Below, piece by piece: positions 1 through 16,058 of a stretch of DNA of 64,000 bases. The stretch lies in assembly GCF_009914755.1 (NCBI RefSeq), contig NC_060934.1; one strand, 5' to 3'. The translations under genes were made by a program, and so were the position numbers. Each line of letters begins with the position of its first letter. Within the stretch, counting starts at the first letter, position 1. The DNA is from the human T2T-CHM13v2.0 reference genome, Homo sapiens. The notes beneath the pieces were generated by a model. The model ran no database searches. It was given only the letters and a program-made list of their open reading frames with translations, and had not been told where the DNA came from.

Positions 1-57
1 GAAGGACTCCTGGTTGGACTGCAGGAACTGGAAGATCATCCGGAACTTGTCCATCAT
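1..57 (-). CDS. CALHM1: Calcium homeostasis modulator 1, first 19 codons (continues beyond left edge)
   Basis: Reverse complement reads MMDKFRMIFQFLQSNQESF from ATG at 57-55 (ggcATGATGg); recognised CALHM1 N-terminus, paralogous to CALHM3 MDKFRMLFQHFQSSSESV. Confidence 0.95.
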   Translation of the reverse strand, partial: MMDKFRMIFQFLQSNQESF

Positions 58-90
58 GCCCGCTGTGGGGCCCGGCCTCCTCTTCCCAAC

Positions 91-150
91 TCACTGCTGC
101 CTCCAAGAGGGCCCCTGCTGCCCACCCTGCCCACTGGGTGCCCACCTCAT
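91..150 (-). other. Candidate 19-codon uORF in CALHM1 5' leader
   Basis: ATG at 150-148, MRWAPSGQGGQQGPSWRQQ, TGA at 93-91; same frame as the main ATG. Assumes the TSS lies upstream of 150. Confidence 0.5.
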
Positions 151-2103
151 GACTCGGGCTCTCCTGGCTGGGACCAACAGAGCTCAGAGCAGAGGCTGAG
201 GTCACTGTCGCTTTGAGGAATCTTTAGTCAGGTGCTGGCTGAGAGGATGCAGATTGACCAATCCTGTGGGTTCAGCCAGGGCTGTGCCCCTCCCTCCTGG
301 GCTTCTCTCTCTCTGCAGCCGCCTCCACCTCCGGCGCTAGCACCTGCTAGAGACCAGCTTTCTGTGGGTGTGGGAGGGAGGGAGGGAGGGGCGGGAGAGA
401 AGGCTCAGACACAGACTGGGAAGACACTGTCTCCAGCAGGGCTGGAGTTTGGAGAGTCCAGGGCTGCTGCAGGGGCCTGAGGTCCTGGACCTTGTCTTCT
501 GGGCTCCTAGGAAGCTCATCGCCCTCCTTTTGCCCTTCCCACTGGGGGTCTCCTCCATGCTGTATCAGAATCCTAGAGGGCTCCTCCATCAGTTCCCCGA
601 TGACGGTGTGGTGCTGCGGTGGTGGTGGCTGCAGTGAGGGTGCTGCTGGTGGTCGTGGGGATACTAGCCACAGAGGGGATGGCAGTGGTGGTGCAGGGGA
701 TGGTGCTAATGTGGACGTGGCGTAGAATGAAACATCCTGGATTTGCTGGCAGAGGACTTGAATTTGATAAGTTGCCTGGGCAGGGGCTGTGGCCTGTGAG
801 TGTGCTGCAGGGGTCCTTGTGTCAGCCTGCCTGTGTCTCTGTGGGTGTGCCTGTGTGTTTGTGGGCTGTGGATGGCAAACCCTTTCCTGGCTCCACCTCC
901 GACCTCTACTTCCCCAATCAAAAAATAAAGGGGTCTGCATGCTGACAGCAAGGGGGTGAAAAAATTAAATGGGTGGGGTGATGGGGTTTCATGCCTGGAG
1001 TTTGGGCCTCCAGAGTGCCTGCAGAAACCTGGCCAGCCCTCCTCCACAGACACATCAAAGAGGAGGAGCTGAGCATGCTCGCTCTGATGCCCAGGGCTCT
1101 CCCTGACCTCCCAAGGGCAGGTCAGATCCAGCTCCAGCCGGGGGGCTCCTGTCTGGGGAAAGGGGTGGGGTCTGGGGCTGAGACAGAGCCTGGCCAGGAC
1201 ATCCCCATGGGGCCCACAGATCTGTGCCTCCCCATGTGTGTGCCCACATGTGAGCTCACTGTGCCTTTGGGCCTCTGCATCTGTGTATCCGTGTGTGTGT
1301 GTGACCACGTTAGTGATCTTTGTGTCTGAGGGTCTCTGTATCACTGACCAGAACCAGCATTGACCCAGGCTTGCCCTGGGTGGAGCCCCATGGCAGGCAC
1401 TTACATGCATTGCCTGTGTAATCTTCTTACAATCCTATGGGACAGGTACTGCCATCCCCATTTTACAGAGATGGGGACTGAGGCTTGGAGAGGTTAAGTT
1501 ATCAGCTGAGAGTTACCCAGCTTGTAGGTGGAGGAGTGGGACTGGAACCCAGGCTAGCTCTCTCGTGGGGCTGGGAGTGGGGGGTGGAGGAGGGGTCAGG
1601 AAATGTTTTTTGGCCTTTCTCTTCTGGGCAAATCAGGCTCCTGTTCTGCTGGTCTGGGTGGAGATGCTGGAGTGTCACCAATAGGATACAGTGGGGAAGG
1701 ATGTTGCTCCTCTTGCTGTCAGGCTGGGCTTGGGGCAAATGGAGCCCCCAGGCTGGTAGCCTCCGGAAGACCCTTGCAGAGGCTCCCCAGGGAACACTAT
1801 AGGTGGATGGCAGGATGAGGGAGGTCCAGTGATGGAGGCGACCTACCCTGCACGTCTCCTGCAGTGTTTGCGTGCATGGCCAACAGCAGGTGTGAGCTGA
1901 TGCCAGAGCTGGGGTGGGCTTGGGGTGGTCCAGGAAACCAGGAGGAGTGGTTTCAGGGGGCCACCTGGAATTCTGTCTTGTATATTGCACACAGCTCCCT
2001 GTTTGTAGATAATGTGCCTTTCTAGTAGTGCCCATACTGCGTGCTCTAACCACATATACACATTCTGCAAATTCTAAGCGCAGTGTTATTTTAAAATACT
2101 TGA

Positions 2104-2257
2104 GGCTGGGCACAGTGGCTTAAACCTGTAATCCCAGCACTTTTGGGAGGCCAAGGTGGGAGGATCACTTGAACCCAGGAGTTTGAGGCTGTGGTGAGCC
2201 ATGATCACAATACTGCATTCCAGTCTGGATGACAGAGCAAGACCTTGTCTCTAAATA

Positions 2258-2288
<31 letters not shown>

Positions 2289-2695
2289 GTTTGATTAGAT
2301 TCTCAATCAATCATTATCATAAGAATTTTGGTTGCAGGGTGGGCACTGTGGCTCACAGCTGTAATCCCAACACTTTGGGAGGCCACGGAGGGAGGATTGC
2401 TTGAGCCCAGGAGTTTAAGACCAGCCTGGGCAACATAGAGAGACCCAGTCTCTATGCCTGAAAAAAAAATGTGTTACAGTTGTCAGTGAGAGTGAAGAGT
2501 GAGGGTTAATTCTTTTTTTTGAGACAGGGTCTCACTCTGTCACCCAGCCTGCTGTGCAGTGGCATGATCTCAGCTCACTATAACCTCTACCTCCAAGCCA
2601 TCCTCCCACTTCAGGCTCCTGAGCAGCTGGGACTATAGGTGTGCATCACCATGCCCGGCTAATTTTTGTATTTTTTCCTTGTCTCAAAAAAAAAA
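2104..2695. mobile_element. Cluster of Alu monomers/fragments (FAM/FRAM-like + with (AAT)n tail, FLAM-like +, Alu right arm -)
   Basis: Alu consensus words at 2104-2253, 2337-2470 and 2513-2675; (AAT)n at 2253-2288. Confidence 0.85.
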
Positions 2696-2777
2696 TTATC
2701 ACCTACTTGGGGTAAGTTTTTTTGTGGGTGGTGTTTATCCAACATTTGAAGAAATCATCATTAAAGAGCCTTCATGA

Positions 2778-3548
<771 letters not shown>

Positions 3549-3805
3549 TCATGCAAAAAAACACCTCATATTAAAAAGTGCTCACGAAAGCAAGCTCATT
3601 TCTCATTTTGAGAAGTTTAGGAGGTTTCATTTGGATGTTTTACACAAGTCTTTCCTAATACTTTATATTTCATTTTTTCCTATCATAATTATATAAGATA
3701 AAGAAATAGTAATCTTTTTGTTTTTTTCACCAGGCATCCCATGGATGTCTCCTAGTTCCCTCACTGTGGCCCAGTGTTGTATATCAACGTCATCATGGAT
3801 ACACC

Positions 3806-4030
3806 TCCTGTGGGAGGTGATTAGGCCATGAGGGTGGAGCCCTCGTGAATGGAATTGGTGCCCTTATAGAAGGGACCCTGGACCCTGGACCTCCACTCTG
3901 CAAGGATACAGTGAGAAGGCAGAACCCAGCCTCAGGTACACTCATCTCAGACTTGCAGCCTCCTGAACTGTGAGAAATAAATGTTTGTTGTCTGTGGTAT
4001 GTTTTGTTACTGTGGCCCAAGCTGTTGGAC
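3806..4030 (+). mobile_element. MaLR LTR fragment (MLT1A/MST-like)
   Basis: gggaggtgattaggccatgagggtggagccctcgtgaatgg...cagcctcctgaactgtgagaaataaatg, typical MLT1/MST words. Confidence 0.75.
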
Positions 4031-4193
4031 ACAGGGACACCCCTGGGCTCCCAGGCACCACCCTTCCCTCACGCTGCTGCTCTCCTGGAACACGGTCGTG
4101 CCTCACTGCCCATCCAAAGCCACATCCCGGCTCCACCTGCTCACTCCTTGTTTCTTCCACTCGATGGTCAAATTTTTCTCTTACCAAGAAGCT

Positions 4194-4501
<308 letters not shown>

Positions 4502-4529
4502 GCCATGTCACAGAGCTAAGAGCAACCCA

Positions 4530-4740
4530 ACCAGTGATCTGGGTTCAAGTCTCAGTCTGGCCACACACTAGCCAGGGACCTTGGGCAAGTCATCTAACCT
4601 CTGGGTGCTGCAGCGTTCTCATCCGTGAAATGGGGAGAATGATAGCGCCTGCCTCCCAGGTGGTTGTGAAGATTCAATCAGCTGTGCAGGTCAAGAGTTT
4701 CGCAGTGCGCCAGGCACACAAGGAGTGGTCGTGAACCATC
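4530..4740 (+). mobile_element. MIR
   Basis: ctgggttcaagtctcag...ccttgggcaagtcatctaacctct...gtgaaatgggg MIR core. Confidence 0.75.
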
Positions 4741-4808
4741 TTTACAACATTGTAATAATAATAGTGATCATCTCTGCACCTGAGCTTCAGTAGTGCATTT
4801 TCAAAATC

Positions 4809-5575
<767 letters not shown>

Positions 5576-6058
5576 GGTTCTGTTTAACTTCAGTAGGGGT
5601 CTTTGGTGGTACATTTATCAGTGCTTAGTCTTCTCCATCTCTTCCCTATAACTCCCAGGTCACGACTAAATAAATAAAAAGCAGGATGTCACACACATTT
5701 TGGAGCATGGTGGCAAACTCAGCCATGGTCACCACTGTGGGATGTACACTCGCCTCCTGCTTCCTGGCCTTGGGGCTGTTGTCCAAGCACCCAGAGGGCA
5801 CAGCTGGTGAGTGCCCTCTGGTTTGGAGGAGTTAGGGGTGTCATGAAAAGCAGCATGCAAAGGAGGCTCCTGTGGACAGTGGGTGCCGTACTTTTAGGAA
5901 AATGCCCAATTTGCGTAGGAGAGTGTGAGTGTGGGGTGCGTCCAGAGATTGGGGCAGTGGAGGAGGCAGGAGCCAACAGCAAATGTGGCTGCCAAGGCAT
6001 CTCAGGTGCTGGTAGGCTGGGTTATCAGAGGTATGAAGTCTCTACCTGAGAAAGATAA

Positions 6059-6637
<579 letters not shown>

Positions 6638-7024
6638 TAAAGGTTGCTCACTAAAAACAGCCCAGACTGTCTGCCTGAGGGCTTTTTTTTTCTGGCACTG
6701 GGTTTACATTTGGCCCAAGGAAACCTGGAGGTGCCCAGCTAGTGCCCTAGCCAGTGACAGCCAGAGATTGGTGAAGACATGCCACCTCCTCGTTCCTGGG
6801 GAGCGGTTACTCGTGTTGTGCTCTCCCCGAGCTCCCCGGTCGGATCATGCTCTGGTTGCCCACGGTAGTAACTGGCTGGCGGCTCTACCCTTGGTTGGCT
6901 TTCTTCCCTCTCCAGTATCACTTCTGTTCCTTGCAGGGTTCCCCGGAAGCAACATTCTTATAAGCTATGTGCACTCATTTCCTTTTCTCAGGACCTGCTT
7001 CTGGGAAATACTGTGGGTCTTTTA

Positions 7025-7833
7025 AATTTTTATTTGTTTATTTAGAGACAGGTTCTTGCTCCATCTCCCAGACTGGAGTGCAGTGGCACAATCACAGCTC
7101 ACTGTAACCTTGAACTCGTGGACTCAAAAGATCATTAAGTCTCAACCTCCAAAGTAGCTAGGACTACAGGTGTGCACCACCACGCCCAGCTAGGGTTTTT
7201 TTTTTTTTTTTTGTAATTTTTGTAGAGATAGGGTCTTGCTATGTTGCCCAGGCTGGTCTCAACTCCTGGCCTCAATGGATCCTCCCTTGCCTCGGCCCCC
7301 CAAAGTGCTGGGGTTATAGGCGTGAGCCACTGTACCCAGCCATATCATGTGTCTTGATGGTGGCATCACAAGATGGCAGTGTCAGCTGGGTCCCCAAGCG
7401 ACTGTGTGGGGCAGATCCCCCTTCTTCAACCTCCCTTCCCTGTTTAACTACATCAGGTTTTGCTTGAGTGAGAAATACATCTTTATTGTGTTAAGCTACT
7501 GACACTTTTGTTTTATTTTTACTGTATTTTATTATTTATTTATTTATTTTTGAGATGGAGTTTCACTCTCTTGCCCAGGCTGGAATGCAGTGGCATGATC
7601 ACGGCTCACTGCAACCACCACTCCCCAGGTTCAAGTGATTCATCCTGCCTCAGCCACCCATGTAGCTGGGACTATAGGCATGTACCACCACCCCCAGCTA
7701 ATTTTTATATTTTTAGTAGAGACGGGGTTTCACCATGTTGCCCAGGCTGGTTTCAAACTCATGACCTCAGGTGACCCGCCTGCCTCAGCCTCCCAAAATG
7801 CTGGGATTACAGGCGTGAGCCACCGCGCCCAGC
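7025..7833 (-). mobile_element. Two Alus (AluJ-like 7025-7341; AluS-like 7525-7833) within MLT-like LTR remnants
   Basis: Reverse Alu consensus; gagaaatacatctttattgtgttaagctactga MLT-like 3' words between them. Confidence 0.85.
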
Positions 7834-8335
7834 CTAGTGTATTTTATTTTACATTCCCAGCCTAGCCTAATACAATGTTTATGTGTGAGATTTTAAGCAA
7901 GACACCCAGAGTCCATTCTAACTCTGAAATACCTCTAATCTATCGATTCTCTCCATCTCCACCCTAATCCAAGCCCCATCAGTTCTTGCCTGCCTTCTGC
8001 AATTCACATGGGCCCCTTTCAAGACACTCCCAGGCTGTGGCCAGGGGAATCTTTTAAAAGTGAACATCTGACTAAATTACTACCTAATTCCCTCCAACGG
8101 TTTAAGTCCAAAATCCTTAACAGGGCCTGTAGGACCATGTGAGAGCTGGTACCAGGGCAACTCTCCTCCCGATGCCTCCTCCCCAGCTGACCAGTTTGCT
8201 TTCAGTTTCTCAAACAGGACAAGCCCCTTCCCATCTCAGGCCTTTGCACAAGTTCTGCACATTCCAGCAATACTTCTCCCCCTATTCTCACCAGAGAAAT
8301 TCCTGTGAATCCTTAAGGTCTCAGTGTAATGATTG

Positions 8336-9264
<929 letters not shown>

Positions 9265-9694
9265 GTTCCTTCTTTAGAGAGACCTTCCTGAACCTTCTGC
9301 TGAGACCAGTCCTGCAGGATACAGGCTTTCAGAGCCCCCTGGATGTACTTCCCCTTCCAGCACTGAATACAATTGTAATTACTTTTTGAGGTGGGTGGGT
9401 TATTTAATATCTAGGGGCTCCCATTGTACCATAAAGGCTAAAAGTCCTCATCTGTTTTATTCACTACCATATGCCCAATGCTTAGCACAGTGTGCCTAGT
9501 ACATAAAGGATGCTCAGTTAATAAGTGTGAATGAAGGAATACATGAACAAGTGAATGAAGAAAAGAAGTGAATCTTGGACCAAGATAAATTTGTAGGGAG
9601 GCAAGAATTCAGACACAAAAGGGAGACAGCACTCACCTGTACAGTTCCGCGAGGAGATAAGACAGTACACTTCTGAGACGGCACAACTCTGTGA

Positions 9695-10353
<659 letters not shown>

Positions 10354-11460
10354 TGGACTCCCTCATTTTCAATGAGAGCCTTGGAAATGGGAGCATGTTA
10401 GTGTGGACACGATTTCTCTGCTCCCATTGTAGTCTTTGGGTCCCAGTGCCCTTCCCCGTATGGGGATGCTGAAGGTCTCTCTTGTATCATCGTCACAAAT
10501 TGGGGCAGGTGCCCAGGGATTTATACGAATCATATAGAAACCTACCCATCTGCTTGGCCAGGACTACCTCCCTGGGTGAGCAGTCCCCTCCCCTGGGAAG
10601 TTGGCAATAACCGGTGACTTTCCCTCTGTCCTTCCCCTGCTCGGTTGCTCAGAAGCACCACTAGATTTGTTGGTCCTCCTTCCCCCGTCTAGGGATTCTC
10701 TCCTCCCTGGCCTGCCTCTGGACTCTGCCTCTGTGACTAACCCTTTCTCTCCCTTGTTGCCTCCTCTTCCCACTCCAGAACTTTAAAAGTCTTAGTCCTT
10801 CCTCATCTCACAGAAGCCCCTCCTCTCGATGGCCCTATCCATTTCTGCAGCTTCAGCATCCTCTCCACATGTGTGAACCCCAAATATCATCACTCTTCCT
10901 GACCTTGCCACCAAGCACTTGTCTCTCATTCCCAATTGCCGGCAGGATAAAATCAAAGTCCTGAGCTAAATCCTCAAGTCTCCTGCCATCTTCCCCTCCT
11001 CTTGCAAACCTAGCTGAGATGGGGACCACAGCTGCCCAGGCAGCATGAGGGTGGGGACTGGAACAGCCAGTGCCCATGCCTCCAGTACATTCCTGCCTTG
11101 TCTGGCTTGCCACTGTGTCTCCCGAAGAAGGTCCACATACAGGACACGGTGAGGGGTTTGAAACCACACTGGGGACAGAAGAGGATGAAAGATACATTTG
11201 AAAGCTGTCAAGGACAGAAGATCAAGAGAATGTATTCCCAGGTACCGAGCTCAGGGAACATGGCTTGATGGGACTCCTGGGCCCTCTGGCCAAGGTCTTT
11301 TGCTTTTGCCAGGCTGGACTGCATGCCTCTCCACTTGGCTCTTTGTTCACTTGTTTTATCTCTCTATCCACTTCCAGACTCGAAGCTCCATTAAGACAGA
11401 ACTATCTGTCTTGCTCTCTGGCCACTCTAGGCATTCAGTGAGTATCTGCTGAATAAATAA

Positions 11461-11799
<339 letters not shown>

Positions 11800-11809
11800 T
11801 ATGCCTTTG

Positions 11810-12350
11810 TTCTTATTTCTTCCCTTGAGATGCTCTGCACCCTCCCTCCATCTTTCTTTCCACATGTCCAAATCCTTCCCATCCTTAAGACCCATTCAAA
11901 TGGCACCTTCATTGTGAAGCCTTCCCTCACCCTCAACCCCCGCCCCACTGAGAGCCTCCTTCTCCCTGCTAACTCCCCATGGCACCTGGTTTGCCTTTAT
12001 TAGATCACTTACACCTTATGCTTTGGATTCTCATAATTTCTGTACTCACCTCTGTCCCCCTAATAAAGTGCCAAGATGTAGACTTTGCTCTCCTCTAGGC
12101 CTCTGCCCCTTGCTGATGACTCCCCTCTCTACCCCATCCCTGCCCCGCAGACGTCCTGCTATGGCCTCCATCAGCACAGATGTTGGCCACAGACAGCATA
12201 CCCGGGTTCGCCCCATGCTTTTCTACTTCCTCAGCACAAGGAAGCACAGCTCCTTGAGGGCAGGGGCAGGTCATCAGTGTATTCTCTCTTCCCTATTCCC
12301 TGGCACAGTGCTTTCTATGCAGTAGGTGCTCTATAAGTGCTCAGTATAGG
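11810..12350. mobile_element. L2 3'-end remnant, split by the left arm of the inverted duplication
   Basis: aagacccattcaaatggcaccttc...gaagccttccctca...tctgtccccctaa | cagctccttgagggcagggg...cctggcacag...gtaggtgctc are L2 3' words. Confidence 0.6.
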
Positions 12351-12890
12351 AAGATAAGAGTATTGATTGCAGTCGGCGACTTTTTACTCCAGATGCTGCT
12401 TCCCTGGAGCCCAAAGCAGCCTCCCTGAGCCTCCTTTCCCCAGGCTGGGACCTCACTCATGCAGACTGGGCCGCCGCCAAGGTCTCCCTCCTTCCTCCAC
12501 ACCCTATCACTGCTAAAGCTTTGCCTAAACCAGGTCCCAACCCAGCACTATTTCCGACATTTGCATGGCCTGACCGCAGCCAGTAGGTCGGGGGAGGCTG
12601 AGCTGCAGGGATTTTCGGGTCTCACAAGGTCTCTTGTCAAGAGCCCAGGAGCACAAAAGTTGCCTGATGAAGGGGGCAGGCTCCAGGGTGGGGGGCATCC
12701 AGGGGCCCCTGTACTTCCTGGGGTGCTGAGGAAGTAGAAAAGCATGGGGTGAACCCAGGTCTGCTTCCTGTGGCCACCATCTGTGCTGATGGAGGCGACC
12801 ACAGGGTGTTGGGGGTGGGGGTAGGGAGTGGGGGCTGGATGAGTCATCAGGGAGGGGCAGAGGCCCAGAGGAGAGCAAAGGCTAAATCTT
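12073..12890. repeat. Imperfect inverted repeat: arms 12073-12249 and 12709-12890, ~460-bp spacer
   Basis: Hand alignment 45/50 and 68/74 identical in the two outer blocks, including a 27-nt perfect match ccccatgcttttctacttcctcagcac; also visible as similar peptides in ORFs 12085+ and 12878-. Confidence 0.93.
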
Positions 12891-12934
12891 CCCCAAACCC
12901 TTCCTGTTCGGGCTGCCAGAGATGGAGTGGCAGT

Positions 12935-13234
<300 letters not shown>

Positions 13235-13787
13235 TGGAGTGGCAGTTTTTCCAGCAGAACTAACACCGGCATTTCAAGGGTTTTTATCCCTGAGCTAGAA
13301 CCCACACTCCTACTTTGCTCTGAGGAAATCTTCACCAGGGTGCTAACCTCTTGCTAAGGGCAGCAGTAGATACCCCTGGGAATGTCTAGGGGAGGGGGTC
13401 ATCTTAGGAAGGGACCTTGCTGAGCCCAGGGCTCAGGCTAGCGGTGGGGCAGGTGGTGCATGGAAGGTGAGGGAGGAGCACCTGCCCCCGCTGCAGGAGA
13501 GCAGAAGGCTGAGAGGAACTGAATCTTGAAGGAGGAGGACCCAGGCAGGGCTGTTTGGCCTTGGTTGGCCAGAATTGGTGGGGCCTGGGAAGGTAGGAGC
13601 TGGGAGAGTCAGCCCCTTGACATTCAAACACAGAAATATCCCCTCAACAGGAAAATATAAAAGTAGTCATCTGTAGTAGCCAGCAAGAGGCACTAACTAG
13701 TGGTTTCAAGAGGAACTCAACTAGCAGAGCTTGCTAGAACTTGCTATGAGAAACTTGGTATAAGCTGCTAGAAACCCCAGAGAATTA

Positions 13788-14102
<315 letters not shown>

Positions 14103-14184
14103 CTATCGAGGCAGCAGACTAAAGTCATTATTATTATTTAGAATTGACATCTAGAACCCAGAACCCATGGCAGATTTACTTAGA

Positions 14185-14345
14185 TTCTTGCTACTCAAAG
14201 TTTGGTTCACTGACCAAAAGCACATCAGCCTCCAGGAGCTTGTTTAAAATGCAGAATCTCAGACTCGGTCCTGGCTACACTGTCTGAACCTGTATTTAAC
14301 AAGGCCCTCGGTGAACCGAGTCCACATTAAAGTTTGTGAAGCGCG
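14185..14345. mobile_element. MER5A-like hAT DNA transposon relic (in probable CALHM3 3' UTR)
   Basis: ctactcaaagtttggt...ggagcttgtttaaaatgcagaatctcag...cacattaaagtttg. Confidence 0.7.
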
Positions 14346-14512
14346 CTGGAGGCCACACCCAGAAACTAGGCAGAGATTGGGCTACTTTAAAAAGGAGGCT
14401 AACAAGACTTAGGGTGCCTGCCGTGGGGTCCCCACGGCCTGGAAAGACTCCAGAACTTTGTCAGCGCGGCATTTCACCTGCGAACACTGCCGCTTCAAGC
14501 CTGGCCAGGACC

Positions 14513-15004
14513 CTACACGTCGGTGTGTTGTGACAGCCTCGTGCCCAGTGCCAAGGTAGGGGCGCGGTGGCTAAGGCCACCCCCGCAGAGCCCGGGGGAT
14601 GCAGCCAGGTCCAGCGGCGGCTTGCTGGAGTACCACGTGCTTAGGAGGCGGTTCACCTGCTCCCGGCTGGAGATTGCGCGCAGGTGGGCCTTCCCACTTC
14701 CACTATCCAGGCCTTCTGGGGGCTCAGGCACTGCGGGGAGCTCGAGTCTCCTGCCTGCATTGCCCCGGCGCAGCCCCCGCGCCTGCAGCTCACTCCGCAT
14801 GCTGGCAAAGAAGTGCAGCACGCAGCGGTGCGCGAAGTCCCGCGCATGCTCACAGCAGGTCTCGTCGAAGAGCTTCTGCTCCAGGTCCACGTAGTTGCTC
14901 CAGTATCTGCGCTGCAGGAAGACTGTCTGGTCGAAGCAGGGCCTCAGGCAGCGGGCCAGGAAGGCCGCGATGATCAGCAGCAGGGTGACGCTCCAGCCGA
15001 TGGC
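14513..15004 (-). CDS. CALHM3: CALHM3 coding exon 3 (aa 182-344 + TAG)
   Basis: Acceptor ttactttgcag|GCC at 15004; AIGWSVTLLLIIAAFLARCLRPCFDQ...YWSNY...SQHTDV*; 492 nt, phase 0. Confidence 0.96.
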   Translation of the reverse strand, partial: AIGWSVTLLLIIAAFLARCLRPCFDQTVFLQRRYWSNYVDLEQKLFDETCCEHARDFAHRCVLHFFASMRSELQARGLRRGNAGRRLELPAVPEPPEGLDSGSGKAHLRAISSREQVNRLLSTWYSSKPPLDLAASPGLCGGGLSHRAPTLALGTRLSQHTDV

Positions 15005-15399
15005 CTGCAAAGTAAGGAGGCCCGAGGTTAGATGTGAGTGGGGCCTAATCCTATATACATATGTATTTATGAATACGTATATGAATGTTGCATATTTAAT
15101 TTGATCATGTCTACATAATAATATTCTTCATTTTCCAATGGATTCAAATACTCCTTAGAGAATTTAACTGCAGTATACCACTCCAAACATCATAATTCAT
15201 TAATCAGAGTATTGAATGAAATGGGACCAAATAAAATAAATTGAGAAGAATGAACGCAAAGAAAATTGTGTGATCATCAGATTACATGTCCTCTTTTGTA
15301 TCCCTGTGTCGTTGTAAATTTAATTAACTCTTAGAGCATCTGCTACTTGAGGAATTGTCCTGTATAGTGTGGCAAAGGTATTCCAAAGTCCCTCCTTTT

Positions 15400-15747
15400 A
15401 CATTTCCCATCCATCCTTCCTCAAATCTATCCACTTTCCTATTCAGTCATCCGTCCTGCCAACCATCCTTCATCCATTCATCTATCCTCCCTTCCATTCA
15501 TTCTCTCATCCTTGCATCTATCCACCCATTCAATCATCTCTCCACCTATCCAATCGTCCATCCTCTTGTCTTACTGTAAATTCGTCATCTTCCCATCCAG
15601 TCAAGCTCCTAACTATCCTTCCATCTGCCATCATCTATCCATCTCTTCTCCCATTCATTCATGCTCTCATATGCTCCTCCTTCCTTCCCTTGATCTATCT
15701 ACTCATCCACCCCCCCCATCCAACCATCTATCATCCATCCTCTCATC
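15400..15747 (+). repeat. Degenerate (TCCA)n/(CATC)n simple repeat
   Basis: Repeating catc/tcca/atct words. Confidence 0.8.
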
Positions 15748-16058
15748 TTTTTATTTATTTATTTATTTATATTTTTTGAGATGGAGTCTTGCTCTGTTGC
15801 CCAGGCTGGAGTGCAATGGCGTGATTCAGCTCACTGGAACCTCCCCCTCCTGGGTTCAAGCCATTCTCCTGCCTCAGCCTCCCGAGTAGCTGGGATTACA
15901 GATGTGCACCACCATGCCCAACAAATTTTTGTATTTTTAGTAGAGACGAGGTTTCACCATGTTGACCAGGCTGTTCTCAAACTCCTGACCTCATGTGATC
16001 CACCCGCCTCGGCCTCCCAAAGTGCTGGGATTACAGGTGTGAGCCACCACGCCCGGCC
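15748..16058 (-). mobile_element. Alu (AluS-like) in CALHM3 intron 2
   Basis: Reverse Alu consensus flanked by repeated ctcatcttttt. Confidence 0.92.

Noticed and set aside
347-2113. Long ORFs upstream of CALHM1 (197, 234, 203 aa, minus strand)
   Set aside because: GC-rich/low-complexity DNA crossing MIR and Alu sequence, no recognisable domain, overlapping frames all open; expected by chance.
14523-15104. Plus-strand ORFs over CALHM3 exon 3 (also over exons 1 and 2)
   Set aside because: Antisense shadows of GC-rich coding exons.
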